From NCBI GenBank assembly GCA_048882045.1, contig JBHLRZ010000001.1, positions 32,001 through 96,000 on the forward strand: 64,000 nucleotides of DNA, in the 5' to 3' direction. Position numbers and translations under genes: made by a program. Under the pieces are notes generated by a model. It was given only the letters and a program-made list of their open reading frames with translations, had not been told where the DNA came from and ran no database searches. Positions 18,185-27,757 of this stretch are shown here, one piece after another (position 1 is the first letter of the stretch; the number at the start of each line of letters is the position of its first letter). Origin of the DNA: Candidatus Thorarchaeota archaeon (GTDB taxonomy: Archaea; Asgardarchaeota; Thorarchaeia; Thorarchaeales; Thorarchaeaceae).

Positions 18185-18958
18185 TTAAACTCTCTTGGCG
18201 CCAGCATTCTTGAGACCCTTGACGATCTTAGCGAGCCCCTCGCCACCATCCTTTTGAACATGTTTTTCCAAGTAGGTTCCTTGAACCACAATTGAAGCTC
18301 CAGACTCCACAGCTGTGACCACCGATTTCTCGTCATTGAAACCTCCTCCAGTGATTAAAGGAATGTCAATGAACTTGGAAACTGTGGCGATCATCTCAGG
18401 GGGCACTCCACCGCCCTCTGCTCCGCTACCAGCTTCAAGATAGACAAGTTTCATCCCTAGGAGTTCAGCAGCAATAGCATACATAGCAGGTAGTTTTGGT
18501 TTGTCTCGCAGGAAGGGCTTTGCATCACCTACCCAAGATGCGGTTTTACCAGGAGCTACTATCAGATATGCCATGGGAATTGTTTCAATCCCAGTGAGTT
18601 TAATCTTTGGGGCAGCAAGAGCTTGAGCACCAATGATATAGTAGGGATTTGTGCTGTTGAGAAGTGTCATGAAGAACATCGCGTCTGCATGTTCGGAAAC
18701 ACCTGTGATGTTGCCTGGAAATAGAATGGTTGGAATATCAACTGCTTCCTTGATCTTTGCCACAGCATCATCTATTACTCCAAAAATAGTACTTCCTCCG
18801 ATCATGAGTGCGTCGCTACCAGCCTTCTCAGCAAGAGAGGCAATCTCCACGACACTCTCTATAGTCATAGATAATGGATCAGGATCAAGAAGTGAGAAGT
18901 GGCAGGCACCTTCAGACTCAAGTTTCTCAGTGATGTACTTCCAAACCTTACCAGTCAT
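18185..18958 (-). CDS. geranylgeranylglyceryl phosphate synthase
   Basis: LLDPD, MIGGS, ILFPGN, LLNS, YLEAGSGA and GGG motifs. Confidence 0.93.
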   Translation of the reverse strand: MTGKVWKYITEKLESEGACHFSLLDPDPLSMTIESVVEIASLAEKAGSDALMIGGSTIFGVIDDAVAKIKEAVDIPTILFPGNITGVSEHADAMFFMTLLNSTNPYYIIGAQALAAPKIKLTGIETIPMAYLIVAPGKTASWVGDAKPFLRDKPKLPAMYAIAAELLGMKLVYLEAGSGAEGGGVPPEMIATVSKFIDIPLITGGGFNDEKSVVTAVESGASIVVQGTYLEKHVQKDGGEGLAKIVKGLKNAGAKRV

Positions 18959-19182
18959 CCTTTTAGTCTCCAGTCTAGGACAATTCCTTCGTGACGTACT
19001 TTTTACGCTTTTGGTGAATCAGTCATGGTGGCTTATTTGACAATGTAGGATATTCTCTATCACAAGCGTATTCTCGTTTGAAAATGAAATATCGTGAAGA
19101 GATTCTGACCGTTATTCTCAACCTTTATTACCAATACTGATTGAAGCTCGCAAGTTGTGTTCTGCTGAACGAGGACCCCTAT

Positions 19183-21741
19183 ATGACCTCAAGTGACCCC
19201 AAAGGACAGGCTGAATCAGCCGAAATCGAGGTAGTGTCTACTGATTCCGAACTACGTATCGGTGTGTTTCCTTGTATGTGTGGTAAGAACATCGGTGCAG
19301 TTGTTGACATAGAAGCTGTGGCCGAGTACGCACGGACACTCCCAGGAGTCGTATTTGTTCAGGTGAATCGTTACACCTGTGCTGACCCTGGTCAACGAGA
19401 AATAGAGGATGCAATCAAAGAGTATGGTCTCAATCGAATAGTAGTTGCATCATGCAGTCCAACTATGCATGAAGACACCTTCCGAAAGGCAGTGAGATCA
19501 GCGGGACTCAACCCATATCTATGTATCATGGCAAACATCCGTGAACATGTTTCATGGGTACATCGAGAAGATCCTGTTGCTGCAACAGAGAAGGCGAAGG
19601 ATTTAGTTGCCATGTCTGTAGCTAAGGCTGCAACACTAGAAGCGCAGAAGGAGCTGGATGTTCCAGTGACTCAAGCTGCGCTAGTTGTAGGAGCTGGTGT
19701 TGCAGGTATGCAAGCAGCTCTTGACTTGGCGGATTCTGGATTCAAAGTCAACTTGGTTGAAAGAGAACCCACGATAGGCGGCATAATGGCGATACTGGAC
19801 AAAGTGTTTCCACAGAATGACTGTTCCATCTGTATCCTAGGACCTAAAATGGTAGATGTGGCCAAGCATCCAAATATCAATCTGATAACATTGGCTGAGG
19901 TCGAGTCCATTTCAGGATATGTAGGAAACTTCGACGTCAGAGTGAAGCAACGGGCGCGTTATGTAGATATCGACAAGTGTACAGCATGCGGGGATTGTGT
20001 CGAGGTTTGTCCAGTGGATGTTCCCAGTAGGACTGATCAGAGTCTGACTTGGCAGAAAGCGATCCAAATCCCATTTCCACAAGCTGTCCCATCATCTTAC
20101 TTCATTGATCATGATTCTTGTCTTGGAATGGACCTGATTAGATGCGGAAAGTGCATCGACAGGTGCGAACAGGAAGCGATTGTGTCGTCGGACACTGCAC
20201 GCTACATCGATTTCGAAGTTGGTGTCATCATTCTGGCAACAGGATTCCATCCTGCTAGTCCAGAGAAGATACCACGCCTTGGATGGGGCAGATATCCCAA
20301 CGTCATCACCTCGCTCGAGTTTGAACGTCTGATCAACGCTGCAGGACCTACTGAAGGAAAGCTTGTGAGACCCTCAGACCTGGCAAAGCCACAATCTGTA
20401 GCAATTGCTCAGTGTGTCGGGTCACGCAGCATAGACACGCGAATCAATTGCTCGAATTTCTGTTGTGCGGAGTCGATTAAGTGTGCACTTCTCATTAAGG
20501 AACACTATCCTGACACTGAAGTCACAATATACTATCAGGATCTGAGGATGCATGGCAAGTATTTTGAAGAACAGTATCTCAAGGCCCGAGAAGAGGGGAT
20601 CAAATTTGTTCGGGGTCGTGTTGGAGAGATACAACAATATCCCAAGACAAAGAACCTGAGAGTGAGTGTAGAAGACACGACTCACAACAAGTTAGAGATG
20701 CTTGAGTACGACATGGTAATTCTGTCTATGGGTGCTGAAGGCCAGTCAGGGAACTTCCCTATACCGATATCCTGCACCTCAGACTCATTCTACATTGAGT
20801 CACATCCCAAACTGAGACCCGTTGATACGAGCTCAGCAGGAGTGTTCATTTGCGGAGGAGCTGAAAGTCCCAAGGACATTCGTGACTCGGTCATTCAGGC
20901 GAGTGCTGCGGCAGGACGCGCTGCGATTATTCTACAGAAGGGCAGATATCCCATCGAAGCACTCAGCGCTCGTATCATGCAAGACAAATGCAATCGTTGT
21001 GGTACATGTGTGAAGCGATGTCCGTACGGTGCTATCTCACAGGATGGTACAGGTAAGTACACAGTGACAGGGGCTCTCTGTCAAGCATGCGGCACATGTG
21101 CTGGAGACTGTCCACAAGATGCCATTTACATGCCCAATTTCACAACCCAACAGATTGAGGCTCAGATAGAGATCGCTCTTGCTGAGAATCCTGAAAAGAA
21201 GATAGTGGCCTTCGCATGCAACTACTGTTCCTACCGGGGATCTGACCTCGCAGGTGTTTCAAGGATGCAGTATCCTACCAATGCTCGAGTCATACGAACG
21301 ATTTGTTCAGGGAGGTATTCTACCAAGTTCGCTCAGAAGGCCTTCGAGCTGGGTGCTGGTGCTGTGCTCTATTCAGGTTGTCACCTTCCAGCAGACTGTC
21401 ACTTTCAAACGGGAAACCATTGGATGGCCAAGCGAGAGCCACGGATTAGAGGTTGGATGAAGCGGAATAACATTGATGATGAACGATTTAGAGTTGAGTG
21501 GGTTTCTGCAAGTGAGGGAAAGAAGTGGCAGGGCATCATGACAGAGTTGGCGACTGTAGTTGAGAAACAAGAGATGAGTAAGCCTAAGCCAAAGAAGCCG
21601 ATTACAAAATCCAAGAAGAAGACACAACCAAAAACGAAGGAAAAGCCGAAGAAAAAGACAGCAACTAAAGCGAAAAAGACGACGAAGGCAAGGAGTGTTG
21701 GTGTTAAGAAGACGAGTACGACTAAGAAAGGAGGGAAGTGA
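19183..21741 (+). CDS. hdrA: heterodisulfide reductase subunit A fused to C-terminal MvhD domain
   Basis: CMCGKNI, ASCSP, VVGAGVAG (FAD), FPQNDCSIC, ferredoxin motifs, QCVGSR; MvhD FACNYCSY..CSGR..GCH..DCHF; Lys-rich tail. Confidence 0.95.
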   Translation: MTSSDPKGQAESAEIEVVSTDSELRIGVFPCMCGKNIGAVVDIEAVAEYARTLPGVVFVQVNRYTCADPGQREIEDAIKEYGLNRIVVASCSPTMHEDTFRKAVRSAGLNPYLCIMANIREHVSWVHREDPVAATEKAKDLVAMSVAKAATLEAQKELDVPVTQAALVVGAGVAGMQAALDLADSGFKVNLVEREPTIGGIMAILDKVFPQNDCSICILGPKMVDVAKHPNINLITLAEVESISGYVGNFDVRVKQRARYVDIDKCTACGDCVEVCPVDVPSRTDQSLTWQKAIQIPFPQAVPSSYFIDHDSCLGMDLIRCGKCIDRCEQEAIVSSDTARYIDFEVGVIILATGFHPASPEKIPRLGWGRYPNVITSLEFERLINAAGPTEGKLVRPSDLAKPQSVAIAQCVGSRSIDTRINCSNFCCAESIKCALLIKEHYPDTEVTIYYQDLRMHGKYFEEQYLKAREEGIKFVRGRVGEIQQYPKTKNLRVSVEDTTHNKLEMLEYDMVILSMGAEGQSGNFPIPISCTSDSFYIESHPKLRPVDTSSAGVFICGGAESPKDIRDSVIQASAAAGRAAIILQKGRYPIEALSARIMQDKCNRCGTCVKRCPYGAISQDGTGKYTVTGALCQACGTCAGDCPQDAIYMPNFTTQQIEAQIEIALAENPEKKIVAFACNYCSYRGSDLAGVSRMQYPTNARVIRTICSGRYSTKFAQKAFELGAGAVLYSGCHLPADCHFQTGNHWMAKREPRIRGWMKRNNIDDERFRVEWVSASEGKKWQGIMTELATVVEKQEMSKPKPKKPITKSKKKTQPKTKEKPKKKTATKAKKTTKARSVGVKKTSTTKKGGK

Positions 21742-21745
21742 GCGA

Positions 21746-22243
21746 ATGGCAGACGAAAATTACAGCCAGAAGATTGAAGAACTCCAAAAAGCTGGTCGCC
21801 CATGTTTCCAATGTGGTATTTGTGCGTCGTCATGTCCAGTCTTCAGAGTTGCACCTGAGATGAACCCAAGGCTAGCAGTTGACTCTGTAGTATCGAAGGG
21901 AGATGTCCCTGTCGAGGGTAATGAGTGGTTATGTTCGTATTGTTTAATGTGCGAGGAACGTTGTCCAATGGGAGTGTCACTCGCAGAGATTCTCATCGGT
22001 ATCAAGAACATATCCTCGCGTAAGGGCCATGCTCCAAAGGACTTTGTAGAGTCTGGCGAGGCGCTACTGGCAAAGGGGTGTCTGTCCCCACAATCAAACA
22101 GGTCTGACAAGAAACGAGTTGAATTGGGTCTTCCAGATCTACCACAACCAAACCTAGAGCAGGTCAAACTCATCTTTGAAGCAACTGGAGCATATGAAGT
22201 TCTCAAAGCAAATAGGGCAGTGTTGGAGGAGGAAGCGGAATGA
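21746..22243 (+). CDS. hdrC: heterodisulfide reductase subunit C
   Basis: CFQCGICASSCP and WLCSYCLMCEERCP; operon context. Confidence 0.92.
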   Translation: MADENYSQKIEELQKAGRPCFQCGICASSCPVFRVAPEMNPRLAVDSVVSKGDVPVEGNEWLCSYCLMCEERCPMGVSLAEILIGIKNISSRKGHAPKDFVESGEALLAKGCLSPQSNRSDKKRVELGLPDLPQPNLEQVKLIFEATGAYEVLKANRAVLEEEAE

Positions 22244-23133
22244 GGTACGCGTTCTTTCCTGGTTGCACAATGGCAAACAGACTGCAGTTTGCAGAGAAAT
22301 CAGTCCGCATGGTAGTTCCCGAGTTTGATGTTGAGTTAGTGGATCTTGCATTCACATGTTGTCCGGAACCAAATGCAGTGAGGTCTCTGTCCGAGGAAAC
22401 GTGGGTCACATTTGCAGCTAGAAACATTGCACTTGCTGAATCGGAGGGTTTGGACATTCTTACAGCTTGTGCAGGTTGTCATGAATCATTGACACTGGCA
22501 AAGCACGAACTCGATACGCGTCCTGATTTGAAAGCCAGAGTGAATGAGATTCTAAAAGGAATGAACTTGGAGTACAAAGACACCTCATCAATCATTCACG
22601 TTCACCAACTTCTGTTCGACGAGATAGGTCTGGAAACAATCTCGTCCAAGGTGATAAGACCAGTACCAATCAAGGTTGTCACACACACTGGATGCCATCT
22701 ATTGAGACCACACAAGATAATGCAGGTGGATGATGCTGAAGCACCTGCTAAACTCGATTTGTTATGTAATGCGCTTGGGATGGAGTCCCTCGAGTATATG
22801 GACAAGGTGATGTGTTGCGGAGCTGGAGTACGAAAAGCCGACAACGAAACCTCGTATGCGATTCTGAAAGAAAAGATGACCAGTATGACGATGGTTGAAC
22901 CAGACGCGATAGTAGTGTTCTGTCCAACCTGTTTCATCACTTTTGAGTCTGGTCAGAAGATTACCAATCGTCTGTTTGAAACTGACTTCAAACTACCAGT
23001 ATTCTATTACACAGAACTTCTTGCAGTTGCTATGGGACTACCTGACACAGACAAGCTTCTGGCTGATCACAGAGTAAAACTCGAACTTCCTGAACCATCC
23101 GAAGCAAAGAGTGGTGAGTCAATTTCTGTTTAG
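22240..23133 (+). CDS. hdrB: heterodisulfide reductase subunit B
   Basis: FFPGC, TCCP, CAGC, HTGCH, CCGAG and CPTC (two CCG domains). Confidence 0.93.
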   Translation: MRYAFFPGCTMANRLQFAEKSVRMVVPEFDVELVDLAFTCCPEPNAVRSLSEETWVTFAARNIALAESEGLDILTACAGCHESLTLAKHELDTRPDLKARVNEILKGMNLEYKDTSSIIHVHQLLFDEIGLETISSKVIRPVPIKVVTHTGCHLLRPHKIMQVDDAEAPAKLDLLCNALGMESLEYMDKVMCCGAGVRKADNETSYAILKEKMTSMTMVEPDAIVVFCPTCFITFESGQKITNRLFETDFKLPVFYYTELLAVAMGLPDTDKLLADHRVKLELPEPSEAKSGESISV

Positions 23134-23149
23134 GACGATAATTGAGGCT

Positions 23150-23776
23150 GTGAATGTGGAGAAGCCTACTGTCGCAATTCTTGCAGGTGGAAACTCAAAG
23201 AGATTTGGTTCAGAGAAGGCACTTGCGGAGTTTAGAGGACACGCCCTTGTATCACATATGGTCGAAATTGCCCATAAGATATCAACTGAGGTCATGATAG
23301 TTGTGTCAGACGACGAGCAAGAAGACCTTCTTCGAAAGGTCGTTTCTGATGTCCGAATAGTCGTTGACCCGCCAGGAGAAACCAAGTGTGCTTTGGTTGG
23401 AGCTATTACTGCATTTGAATACACATCAACAAAACACGTCCTTCTCCTACCTGTAGATGCACCTTTGGCAAATACTGAACTCCTAAGATTGCTGTTGGAG
23501 ATTTGTGAAGGTCATGGTGCCGTAGTACCTTCATGGCCTACGGGGTACATTGAACCGCTCCACTCTGTATATCTAGCTGAGCATGCATATTATCACGGAC
23601 TTAAGGTTGTAGAGAGTGGCCATTACAAGATGCGAAACCTCCTCGAGAGGCTTAAGAATGTCCTGTACATCTCTACTGAAACGTTGAAGCAGTTTGATTC
23701 AGACCTCTCTACGTTTACAAATTTCAATACTCAAAAAGAACTCAAAGATGCAGAAAGAAAGAGTCGAAAAAAGTAG
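23150..23776 (+). CDS. mobA: molybdenum cofactor guanylyltransferase
   Basis: ILAGGNSKRFGSEKA, PVDAP, EPLHSVY and NFNT motifs. Confidence 0.9.
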   Translation: MNVEKPTVAILAGGNSKRFGSEKALAEFRGHALVSHMVEIAHKISTEVMIVVSDDEQEDLLRKVVSDVRIVVDPPGETKCALVGAITAFEYTSTKHVLLLPVDAPLANTELLRLLLEICEGHGAVVPSWPTGYIEPLHSVYLAEHAYYHGLKVVESGHYKMRNLLERLKNVLYISTETLKQFDSDLSTFTNFNTQKELKDAERKSRKK

Positions 23777-23797
23777 GTGTCATTCAAGATTCTCATA

Positions 23798-24106
23798 CTA
23801 TTCGGACTGTAAACCCTCAAGGATTGCCAGTGCTTCTCCCACAGTTATTGAAAGTTTATGAGCTAATTCCTTTGCTGAGATTTTAGGATTCTTTTCTAGA
23901 ATGTATTTTTCCGCATATGCAACATTTCCAGGATACAGTGGATTGTCTCTTGCGGTTTCAAGAAGAAGTGACCATAATGGATGGGTCTTGAAGTCTGCAA
24001 TGTTGATATCAATAGTTCTGCCTGATTTACCATTCTTGACCCTTTTTACAGGCTTTGGATCAATAGCATCCTTCTTTTGTTTATCGAGTCTCTCTTGCTT
24101 GATCAA
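23798..24106 (-). CDS. hypothetical protein with C-terminal HTH
   Basis: ISAKELAHKLSITVGEA helix-turn-helix. Confidence 0.6.
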   Translation of the reverse strand: MIKQERLDKQKKDAIDPKPVKRVKNGKSGRTIDINIADFKTHPLWSLLLETARDNPLYPGNVAYAEKYILEKNPKISAKELAHKLSITVGEALAILEGLQSE

Positions 24107-24329
24107 GGCGGCGTCCCAACCTCAGTTCCCGGCGAACCCAACGAAAAGTTGGCTCCTACTTGAGAGTTGAGAATTGCGATATAAGCCTTGGGGAGCTTTT
24201 TTGGAAATCATTCATAATCAAACTGATTGGTGTTTTTTGTGATTGAAGACCGCGCCATTCCCAAGTCGCAAGGTTTAACAAGGAAGGTCTAGAAAGCGGA
24301 CGAGATGAACACGACCTTCGGGTCACATT

Positions 24330-24641
24330 ATGGGGAATGAATTATTGCCTCATGGCATTAGAAGAATTGTTCTTGATGTATTGAAACCTCACAGTCCTCG
24401 TCTGACTGACCTCTCTCTCATGCTCGCAAGAGATGAGCGAGTAAATGGACTGAACATCTCATTAAAAGAGGTAGACCAGAACACGGAGAGTATCACCATT
24501 ACTCTTGAGGGCGATGATCTCAGCTTTGACTCAATCAAAGAGATTCTTGAGCAGGCTGGAGCCGTGATTCACTCAATCGATCAGGTTGTTGCAGGAAGAC
24601 GGTTTGTTGAGGAGGTCACTCTTCAACCAGAAAATTCCTAG
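24330..24641 (+). CDS. DUF211 family protein
   Basis: IRRIVLDVLKPH...GAVIHSIDQVVAG signature. Confidence 0.9.
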   Translation: MGNELLPHGIRRIVLDVLKPHSPRLTDLSLMLARDERVNGLNISLKEVDQNTESITITLEGDDLSFDSIKEILEQAGAVIHSIDQVVAGRRFVEEVTLQPENS

Positions 24642-24645
24642 TCAA

Positions 24646-25263
24646 TCACTTACGTCCGGAGAGCTGATCAGTCAGCCTCTTACTCTCTTCCTCAATCTTA
24701 CGTCGTACAAGATTGTGAATCTCCTGTTCGAAGATGGATGGAACAATCTTTACCACATTACAGAGACGATCAACAATTGTTTCAGCGAGTTGTTTGTATG
24801 ATGGTGCATTACCTGTAACGATACCTCGGACTACGACCTCGCCGACACTTGCACTGACAATTGAATCGAGAACACTGGCAATCGTACCCTTGGGATCCAT
24901 GAAGAAGGGAAGGTGTGTCTTGTCGTGTAATATATTGAATCCAAGCTTCTCGGTGACGCTCTCTGTGTACCATTCAAGACTTGATTCCTTCATTCGAAGT
25001 TTTGATGCAAACTCTGTCTTGGTGAGGGGATTGGGATGACTCCAAGGATGACGAGTGACTATGTATAAGGCAGCACCAAAGAAGGGATCCACCTCACGTG
25101 GGATTCCCTCTCTTGAAACGAATCGTCGAACAAGATCCAATGCGAGGTTCTCATATCTCTCGTCAACCTTGTTCGCTTTGTAAAATTCATGAGCGTCTCG
25201 GACAACACTGACGATTTCTTGGGGGCTTGCAGCCAAGTGTTCATCGTCAAAGCGTGTAACCAT
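24646..25263 (-). CDS. hypothetical protein with TFB/cyclin-repeat-like segment
   Basis: DPFFGAALYIV...LTKTEFASKLRMKESSLEWYTESVTEKLG resembles the second TFB cyclin repeat. Confidence 0.55.
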   Translation of the reverse strand: MVTRFDDEHLAASPQEIVSVVRDAHEFYKANKVDERYENLALDLVRRFVSREGIPREVDPFFGAALYIVTRHPWSHPNPLTKTEFASKLRMKESSLEWYTESVTEKLGFNILHDKTHLPFFMDPKGTIASVLDSIVSASVGEVVVRGIVTGNAPSYKQLAETIVDRLCNVVKIVPSIFEQEIHNLVRRKIEEESKRLTDQLSGRK

Positions 25264-25377
25264 TGTTCCCGCTCCAGAATAATCGCGCGCTCAGAGAGTC
25301 GTCTAGATTGCTGAGTTCTGCTCCAGCTAATTAACTCTTTTGCAATAGAAACAGAGGTGGGGAAAAACGCGCCATAT

Positions 25378-26007
25378 CTATCTTGGACGATAGATCTTGT
25401 CCAGAGCCCACCTCAGAGTTCTCTGAATCTCTTCCAATCTTGATTCGGGCCCATAGTTAGTTATGAGTATCTCGTCGAGATTATTGTCTTCCGACTTTAA
25501 TTCGAAGTCGAAAGTGTCATCCCAATCAATCTCCTTATTCTCGGCTCTAAGTCTGTCTTCTTCTTGAAACTTCCCTAGAATCTCCTTAAGGAAGAACTTG
25601 GCAAAGGCTCCGCGAGTGATATTATAGACCGCATGGTCAGCAGGCACTATCCGTAGATTCTGGTCTATAACTTCAATGGTGGCCAACTCGAGATCACCAG
25701 CCTTGTTCATCACAAGGATGCTTCTTGGTTCACCAGTAGTTTCGATTTCTTCTGTTGGTGTTAATTCGGGAGATTGCTCAGGCATTCCCAAAGCTGTATC
25801 AGCTGTGACAAAGCTGGCCTTTCCAATTGTAACATCAAGAACTTGGATGAATTCCTCTAACCGATCAATACTCTCTCTAAGTCTGTCAATCTCTTCTTCG
25901 AGTTTTGTACGCAGATCGAGCAACACTTGTATGTTTGGACTTGCCACCTCATTCACCAACATGTCATGCGGATACCTGCGAAGGATATCCAATGATATAT
26001 CATTCAT
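25378..26007 (-). CDS. hypothetical protein with N-terminal coiled coil
   Basis: LEEEIDRLRESIDRLEEF heptads; acidic globular C-terminus. Confidence 0.7.
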   Translation of the reverse strand: MNDISLDILRRYPHDMLVNEVASPNIQVLLDLRTKLEEEIDRLRESIDRLEEFIQVLDVTIGKASFVTADTALGMPEQSPELTPTEEIETTGEPRSILVMNKAGDLELATIEVIDQNLRIVPADHAVYNITRGAFAKFFLKEILGKFQEEDRLRAENKEIDWDDTFDFELKSEDNNLDEILITNYGPESRLEEIQRTLRWALDKIYRPR

Positions 26008-26032
26008 TGTAATATTATAGCGCCCCTCTATT

Positions 26033-26257
26033 TCACTCTTCCAGTGCAGCTACAGAAATAGCGAAATCTGGGCACTCCAATTCACAAAGTTTGCACACCT
26101 TGCATGCGTCAAGATCTGCTACAATAGGTAGAAAGAATCCTCTGTTGTCCACGACCTCAGACTTTCGAAGGACACCGTGGGGACAGACAGAGATACAGAT
26201 ATGGCAGCCCTTGCACATCTTCGGGTCAACGACGATTGCTTTTGCCTTCTTAGCCAT
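26033..26257 (-). CDS. 2x[4Fe-4S] ferredoxin (2-oxoacid:ferredoxin oxidoreductase delta-like)
   Basis: CKGCHICISVCP and CKVCKLCELECPDFAI. Confidence 0.9.
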   Translation of the reverse strand: MAKKAKAIVVDPKMCKGCHICISVCPHGVLRKSEVVDNRGFFLPIVADLDACKVCKLCELECPDFAISVAALEE

Positions 26258-26374
26258 AACAGGAATCTCCGAATCCTCCCCCAATTAAATCGTGATATAA
26301 CGGTTCTCATCTGACAGAGAAGAGCGAGCATTAAATATGTCCGAAATGATGAGAGTGTAGTAGGTGTCTGGTTA

Positions 26375-27079
26375 TTGAAACCGTTTCTCGTATTCAAGTG
26401 TCCACAGTGCAAGAATTTCACAAACGCACCAGCTGGTCAGAAGAGAAGAAGATGTAGCTATTGTGGATCAATCATTGACATCACCAAGGCTGCATGTGCT
26501 ATTTTTGATTCTTCGAAGCAGGCTTTAATAGCGGTGAAGGAGTTCAATGCAGCTCGGGGAGGAGATGAGTTTCAAAAATCAGTGGAACGGTCTCGAGAGA
26601 GAGTTCTTGCATTAATGCCCAAAGAAACTGTGACCGCTTCAGACATCTCTGACGGAGAAGCTACGCCACTCGGCAAAAGGAAACGCCTCATGTCACTCTT
26701 AGAAAAAGAGGCTACGAAAGCACCGATATCACTCGACAGAATCGAAGAACTCTGTCTAAAGTATGAACTGGATTGGAAGTGGGTAGAAAGTCAATTGGAG
26801 AGTTTATCCAACAGTGGAACCGTCATATTTCCTAGACCGTGGTCAGTCCAGCTCGTAGTAACAGAAGACAAAGTGAGTGGAGATGACACGGTGAGGGATG
26901 TTACTACAGATATACTCGCCTTGCTTTCTGAGTCAGGCGAAACAATCAGAATAGTCGACCTCATCAAGAGATTCGAACAGAAAGGGATAGGCGAATTATC
27001 AGTTGTTTCGTCACTTGAGAAGCTGATGCAGAAAGGAGAGATATTCGAACCCAAAACTGGGCATGTTCAGCTGGTGTAG
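26375..27079 (+). CDS. DUF1922-like Zn ribbon plus tandem winged-helix protein
   Basis: FKCPQC..RRCSYCG, then two wH-like segments ending GEIFEPKTGHVQLV. Confidence 0.7.
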   Translation: MKPFLVFKCPQCKNFTNAPAGQKRRRCSYCGSIIDITKAACAIFDSSKQALIAVKEFNAARGGDEFQKSVERSRERVLALMPKETVTASDISDGEATPLGKRKRLMSLLEKEATKAPISLDRIEELCLKYELDWKWVESQLESLSNSGTVIFPRPWSVQLVVTEDKVSGDDTVRDVTTDILALLSESGETIRIVDLIKRFEQKGIGELSVVSSLEKLMQKGEIFEPKTGHVQLV

Positions 27080-27129
27080 ACTTTTCGATTGGTTGAAATG
27101 GACTCAGGAGACCTAGTAGTTGGTACAAA

Positions 27130-27519
27130 ATGCCAATAGTAGAACTCGTTGCAAAGAAGACCTTGGAGCTCAATCCAGACATGGGTCTCGATGTGGTCGA
27201 TTTGATTGTTCTGCTTTGGATGTATTCGAATCCGTATTCTAGCCACAGACGACAGTTGAGTTCTATGAGGAATGTCCTGAAGATGTCCGAAACAATCCAA
27301 GTTCCAGGAGGAGGACTGGATGTTTCAGAAGAAGAATTGACACAGATTGTACTTGGAAGTCTTAAGAAGCTAAAGGGAAAAGGACTCGTATACATTCAGT
27401 CAGCAGGTGTGCATTACATTAAAGGAACTCTTACAGAGAAGGGAGTGGATCTGATCAAAGCTTCTGTGAGGACCCCAGTTCTTAGAAGAGTGACTGCTGA
27501 GTTTGGGGACAATCCATGA
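27130..27519 (+). CDS. winged-helix hypothetical protein
   Basis: SLKKLKGKGLV...TLTEKG wH signature. Confidence 0.65.
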   Translation: MPIVELVAKKTLELNPDMGLDVVDLIVLLWMYSNPYSSHRRQLSSMRNVLKMSETIQVPGGGLDVSEEELTQIVLGSLKKLKGKGLVYIQSAGVHYIKGTLTEKGVDLIKASVRTPVLRRVTAEFGDNP

Positions 27520-27540
27520 GTTTCATAGACAAGTGACAAT

Positions 27541-27757
27541 CTTTAAATGCGAAACTCTTCCGAAACCGGACTGCTGCTCAGCAGAAACAGCTGTTTCAGT
27601 ACCGATGGAAGCAGTGCAGACAACTAGTTCTGCTCGCGAGAACAGTCTGCAGACGTGTGCCGGTAGGTCCTGGAGTGGTTGCGAGAGCACAAACACGACT
27701 TTACAGCTTCAGACAGACAAGCTGTTGTAAGTCCCCACAAAGCGGAAGTGAGGCATA
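27541..27757 (+). promoter_or_regulatory. TATA box plus long structured 5' leader of the rpl22 operon
   Basis: TTTAAA at 27542-27547 followed by ~190 nt containing five predicted hairpins before the rpl22 ATG. Confidence 0.55.

Noticed and set aside
21570-23800. SECIS element downstream of the hdr genes
   Set aside because: No convincing AUGA/GA kink-turn stem found by eye, and no in-frame UGA to serve; a covariance search would be needed.
27503-27730. 75-aa ORF upstream of rpl22
   Set aside because: Overlaps the previous gene, spans the TATA box and hairpins, and has no motif; better explained as a non-coding leader.
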